Of a stretch of DNA of 64,000 bases, positions 60,887 through 64,000 are shown one piece after another. Position 1 is the first letter of the stretch. Each line of letters opens with the position of its first letter. Where the stretch lies: NCBI GenBank assembly GCA_963736335.1, contig CAVTOC010000005.1, positions 327,925 through 391,924 of the forward strand, read 5' to 3'. The notes under the pieces are model-generated. The model was not told the origin of the DNA. It ran no database searches and saw only the letters and a program-made list of their open reading frames with translations. The translations under genes were made by a program, and so were the position numbers. This stretch comes from an uncultured Actinomycetes bacterium. GTDB taxonomy: Bacteria; Actinomycetota; UBA4738; HRBIN12.

Positions 60887-62320
60887 ATGGCCGACAGCTA
60901 CCAGATGTTCATCAACGGCGAGTGGGTGAACTCGTCGGACGGCGGGACGCGCGACGTGATCAACCCGGCTACCGGTGGGGTGTTGGCGAGCGTCCAGGAG
61001 GGGACGGCGGAGGACGCGAACCGCGCGGTCGCCGCGGCGAAGAAGGCGTTCGAGACCTGGTACGACTCGACGCCGAAGGACCGTCAGCTCGCCCTGCTGA
61101 AGCTCGCCGACCGGATCGAGGAGCACGGCGAGGAGATCATCAAGCTCGAGGCGGAGAACGTCGGCAAGCCGTACGCCGTCACCATGTCCGAGGAGCTCCC
61201 TCCGATCGTCGACAACCTGCGGTTCTTCGGCGGCGCGGCCCGGACGCAGGAGGGCCGTTCTGCCGGCGAGTACATGGCCGGGTTCACCAGCTTCATCCGG
61301 CGCGAGCCGATCGGCATCGCGGGGTTGATCGCACCGTGGAACTACCCCCTGATGATGGCGATCTGGAAGATCGGGCCGGCGCTCGCGACGGGCAACTGCA
61401 TCGTCTTGAAGCCGTCGGAGCTCACGCCTCTCACGGCGCTCAAGATGGCCGAGCTCGCCGAGGATCTGTTCCCGCCCGGCGTGTTCAACGTGATCACCGG
61501 CGACGGCGAGCCGGTCGGGGATGCGTTGGTCCGTCACGCCGACGTCGGCATCGTGTCGCTCACCGGCGACGTCAACACCGGCAAGCTGATCGCGAGGAAC
61601 GCATCGGACACGCTGAAGCGGGTCCACCTGGAGCTCGGTGGCAAGGCGCCGGTCATCATCTTCGACGACGCCGACATCGCCACGGCGGTGGAGTGGGTCA
61701 AGATCGCGGGCTACTTCAACGCCGGACAGGACTGCACCGCGGCATGTCGGGTGCTCGTCGGATCGGCGCAGTACGACAACGTGCTCTCGGAGCTGGTGCC
61801 CGCCGTCGAGTCGATCGCGATGGGCGACCCGTTCGAGGAGGCCACCGAGGTCGGGGCCGTCATCTCCAAGGAGCAGCTCGAGCGCGTCGAGGGGTTCGTC
61901 GAGCGCGCGCAGGAGGCGGGCGGCTCGGTGCTCACCGGCGGCGCTGCGATGGAGCGCGACGGGTTCTTCTACAAGCCCACCGTCGTGGCCGACGTGAAGC
62001 AGGACGCCGAGATCATCCAGCGCGAGGTCTTCGGCCCGGTGGTGACGGTGCAGCGGTTCGACGACGAGGAGCAGGCGCTCTCGTGGGCGAACGGCGTCGA
62101 CTACGGCCTGGCGTCGTCCGTGTGGACGCGCGACGTCGGGCGCGCCATGCGGATGGCGCGGCGGCTGCAGTACGGATGCGTCTGGGTCAACACGCACATC
62201 CCGCTGACGCCTGAGATGCCGCACGGTGGGTACAAGCAGAGCGGGCACGGCAAGGACATGTCCGTGTACTCCCTCGAGGACTACACGAACATCAAGCACG
62301 TCATGATCTCGTTGGAGTAG
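60887..62320 (+). CDS. aldehyde dehydrogenase (gamma-aminobutyraldehyde dehydrogenase-like)
   Basis: ATG 60887 with AAGGAGGGGG RBS: [14 protein letters not shown]...APWNYPL...LELGGKAP...GQDCTAACR (catalytic Cys)...EIFGPV. Confidence 0.9.
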   Translation: MADSYQMFINGEWVNSSDGGTRDVINPATGGVLASVQEGTAEDANRAVAAAKKAFETWYDSTPKDRQLALLKLADRIEEHGEEIIKLEAENVGKPYAVTMSEELPPIVDNLRFFGGAARTQEGRSAGEYMAGFTSFIRREPIGIAGLIAPWNYPLMMAIWKIGPALATGNCIVLKPSELTPLTALKMAELAEDLFPPGVFNVITGDGEPVGDALVRHADVGIVSLTGDVNTGKLIARNASDTLKRVHLELGGKAPVIIFDDADIATAVEWVKIAGYFNAGQDCTAACRVLVGSAQYDNVLSELVPAVESIAMGDPFEEATEVGAVISKEQLERVEGFVERAQEAGGSVLTGGAAMERDGFFYKPTVVADVKQDAEIIQREVFGPVVTVQRFDDEEQALSWANGVDYGLASSVWTRDVGRAMRMARRLQYGCVWVNTHIPLTPEMPHGGYKQSGHGKDMSVYSLEDYTNIKHVMISLE

Positions 62321-62352
62321 CAGGCATCTGACGCGGAAAGGGTGATCACCCG

Positions 62353-63781
62353 ATGGAGACGAGACCGTTCCTGGTGAACGGGGAGTGGCGCACGGGCGAG
62401 GGAACGTTCGAGGTCACGAGCCCGTACGACGACAGCGTCGTCGCGGAGATCGGCGTGCCGACGGCAGCCGACGTCGAGGAAGCGACCGCGGTCGCCGCCG
62501 AGACGTTCGAGACGTCGCAGCACCTCCCGGTGCACGTGCGCTCCGAGGCGCCTCGATCACATCTCGAGGCGGCTCGCCGAGACGATCGAGGAGAACGCTG
62601 CGTTGATCGCGCGCGAGGGAGGCAAGCCCCTCAAGTGGGCGACGGTCGAGGCGACCCGTGCGGTCTCCACGTTCCGGTGGGCCTCCGAGACGATCCGCCA
62701 CGGCGACGACGAGCTGATGCGCCTGGATACCGAGGCGGCGCTGGGGTCGCGGATCGGGCTGATCCGCCGGTTCCCGGTCGGACCCGTCCTGGGGATCACG
62801 CCGTTCAACTTCCCGCTGAACCTGGTCGCGCACAAGGTCGCGCCCGCGCTCGCGGTCGGGGCGCCGATCGTCGTCAAGCCCGCTTCGTCGACGCCGATCG
62901 GTTCGCTGCGGCTGGCGGAGTTCTTCGCTGAGACGGATCTGCCCAAGGGCATGTACCAGGTGCTGCCGGTCCGCTCGAAGGTCGCCGACGGCATGGCGCG
63001 CGACGAGCGGTTCCGCAAGATCTCGTTCACGGGATCCGCGGACATCGGGTGGTACCTGAAGGGCCTGGATCCGAAGAAGCGCGTCACGCTGGAGCTCGGC
63101 GGCAACGCGGGCGTGATCGTGCACTCCGACGCCGACCTGGATCATGCCGCGGCCCGGATCGCGTTCGGTGGCTACTACCAAGCCGGTCAGAGCTGTATCA
63201 GCGTGCAGCGCGTGCTGGTGGCGAGCGAGGTGTACGAGGACTTCACCGCCCGGCTCGTGAAGCAGGTCGAGAGCCTGAAGGTCGGCGACCCAATGGACCC
63301 GACGGTCGACGTCGGCCCGGTGATCGACAAGGGCGAGGTCGTCCGGATCAGGGAGTGGGTCGACGAGGCCGTATCCCAGGGCGCCGAGGTCCTCGCGGGC
63401 GGCACCGGCGAAGGCCCGATCTTCCAGCCGACGCTCCTGGGCGATGTGAACCCGGAGATGAAGGTCTGCCGCGAGGAGGTCTTCGGTCCGGTCGTCACGA
63501 TCAGCCCGTACCAGACGTTCGAGGAGGCGCTCGCGAGCGTCAACGATTCGAAGTACGGACTGCAGGCGGGTGTGTTCACGAACGACATCAACCGCGCGTT
63601 CCAAGCGCACCGCACCCTGGAGGTCGGCGGGGTCATCGTGAACGACGTATCGGCGTTCCGCGCCGACCAGATGCCGTACGGCGGCTCGAAGGATTCGGGG
63701 TTCGGCCGTGAGGGACTGAAGTACGCCATGGACGAGATGACCGAGCCTCGCATCATGGTCATGTCGCACGTGCCCTTGTAA
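62353..63781 (+). pseudogene. aldehyde dehydrogenase (succinate-semialdehyde/GapN-like) with apparent +1 frameshift near codon 66
   Basis: Frame 1: METRPFLVNGEWRTGEG...LPVHVRSEA. Frame 2 from 62552: LDHISRRLAETIEENAALIAREGGKPL...TPFNFPLNL...LELGGNAG...GQSCISVQR...EVFGPV. An extra C lies in gaggcgCctcgat (about 62549-62552). Confidence 0.8.
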
Positions 63782-63793
63782 GCGGTCGGTCCC

Positions 63794-63928
63794 ATGGTGA
63801 CGACGTGGTTGGCGGCGGCGCTCTTGATCGCCTTGGCCGGGTTCACGGTGTACCGGCTCGTCCGGTCGTGGCGGACCGCACGCTCCAGGTTCGACACCAT
63901 CGATCCGCCGTCCTCCGGCTCCGCGTGA
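63794..63928 (+). CDS. candidate 44-aa single-TM mini-protein (hypothetical)
   Basis: MVTTWLAAALLIALAGFTVYRLVRSWRTARSRFDTIDPPSSGSA: a hydrophobic helix followed by a basic stretch. It starts 13 nt after the ALDH stop. It is below the ORF-track cut-off and I recognise no homology. Confidence 0.2.
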   Translation: MVTTWLAAALLIALAGFTVYRLVRSWRTARSRFDTIDPPSSGSA

Positions 63929-64000
63929 CGAGCGTCTCCGCCGTGGGCTGACGACATGGACCGGGGGGACCTGCTGTTCGTCGTTCTCCCGTTCGTCGCG

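Noticed and set aside
57595-62214. 1539-aa plus-strand ORF spanning 4.6 kb
   Set aside because: It is Arg/Gly/Pro/Ala-dominated throughout. It is antisense to gabT and out of frame with the well-supported pucR and ALDH genes. No domain signature is visible. A stop-free shadow frame is expected in DNA of this G+C content.
1240-62555. Possibility that the seven frame breaks are programmed ribosomal frameshift sites
   Set aside because: No shared slippery heptamer or downstream pseudoknot-like element is present. The shifts are mixed in direction (six +1 nt, one -1 nt). They fall inside conserved domains of unrelated housekeeping-type genes that are single-frame in other organisms.
1-64000. Search for CRISPR arrays, tandem repeats, IS elements, integrases, prophage or toxin-antitoxin/defence modules
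   Set aside because: Reading both strands, I found no regularly spaced direct repeats other than the 11-nt PHO boxes. I also found no transposase, integrase or reverse-transcriptase-like ORFs and no terminal inverted repeats. The GNAT (37178-37975) plus 98-aa ORF pair does not have the order, size or spacing of GNAT toxin / antitoxin systems.

Overview
High-GC (visually about 70% G+C, not computed) chromosomal segment of actinobacterial type, coding almost end to end on both strands. I call about 66 protein-coding genes. I found no rRNA, tRNA, CRISPR array, transposase or integrase. Gene order: ppc fragment, 2-hydroxyacid dehydrogenase, GNAT, SGNH hydrolase, cyclophilin, SRPBCC-ArsR pair, GT2-methyltransferase fusion plus GT-C glycosyltransferase, Bcp, DUF255 thioredoxin protein, three tandem LuxR-type response regulators, a polytopic membrane protein, a Flp/Tad pilus operon (flp-cpaB-cpaE-cpaF-tadB-tadC), DUF4012, pheA, PQQ-like propeller, rhomboid, CDF transporter, Trx-like lipoprotein, ogt, the SCO1664/DUF3090/histidine-phosphatase triad, a senX3-like kinase, pstSCAB-phoU-regX3, GNAT, corA, an SLT transglycosylase with a long leader, ispH, a RAM / PhoU-TrkA_C / MgtE-like module, alkA-CGNR, cphB-cphA-traR (cyanophycin), GH15-otsB-otsA (trehalose), a CphA-like ligase, MFS, and gabT-pucR-ALDH-ALDH. 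The most notable observations are as follows. (1) A second cyanophycin-synthetase-like gene keeps the N and Mur-ligase domains but has no ATP-grasp domain. (2) Seven single-nucleotide frameshifts split otherwise well-conserved genes. Four of them fall in the 6.6-kb phosphate-sensing and uptake block, which still has textbook PHO-box direct repeats and an intact regX3-like regulator. (3) The actinobacterial SCO1664/DUF3090/phosphomutase triad of unknown function is present. (4) Three orphan, progressively degenerate LuxR-type regulators and a GT-C-like membrane protein flank a minimal Tad locus, which is followed by unannotated mini-genes. (5) A roughly 370-nt structured leader with alternative-pairing repeats precedes a cell-wall hydrolase gene. 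Most of the long Arg/Gly/Pro-rich ORFs in the six-frame track are shadow ORFs typical of high-GC DNA and were rejected. All homology calls rest on motif recognition by eye. No searches were run.
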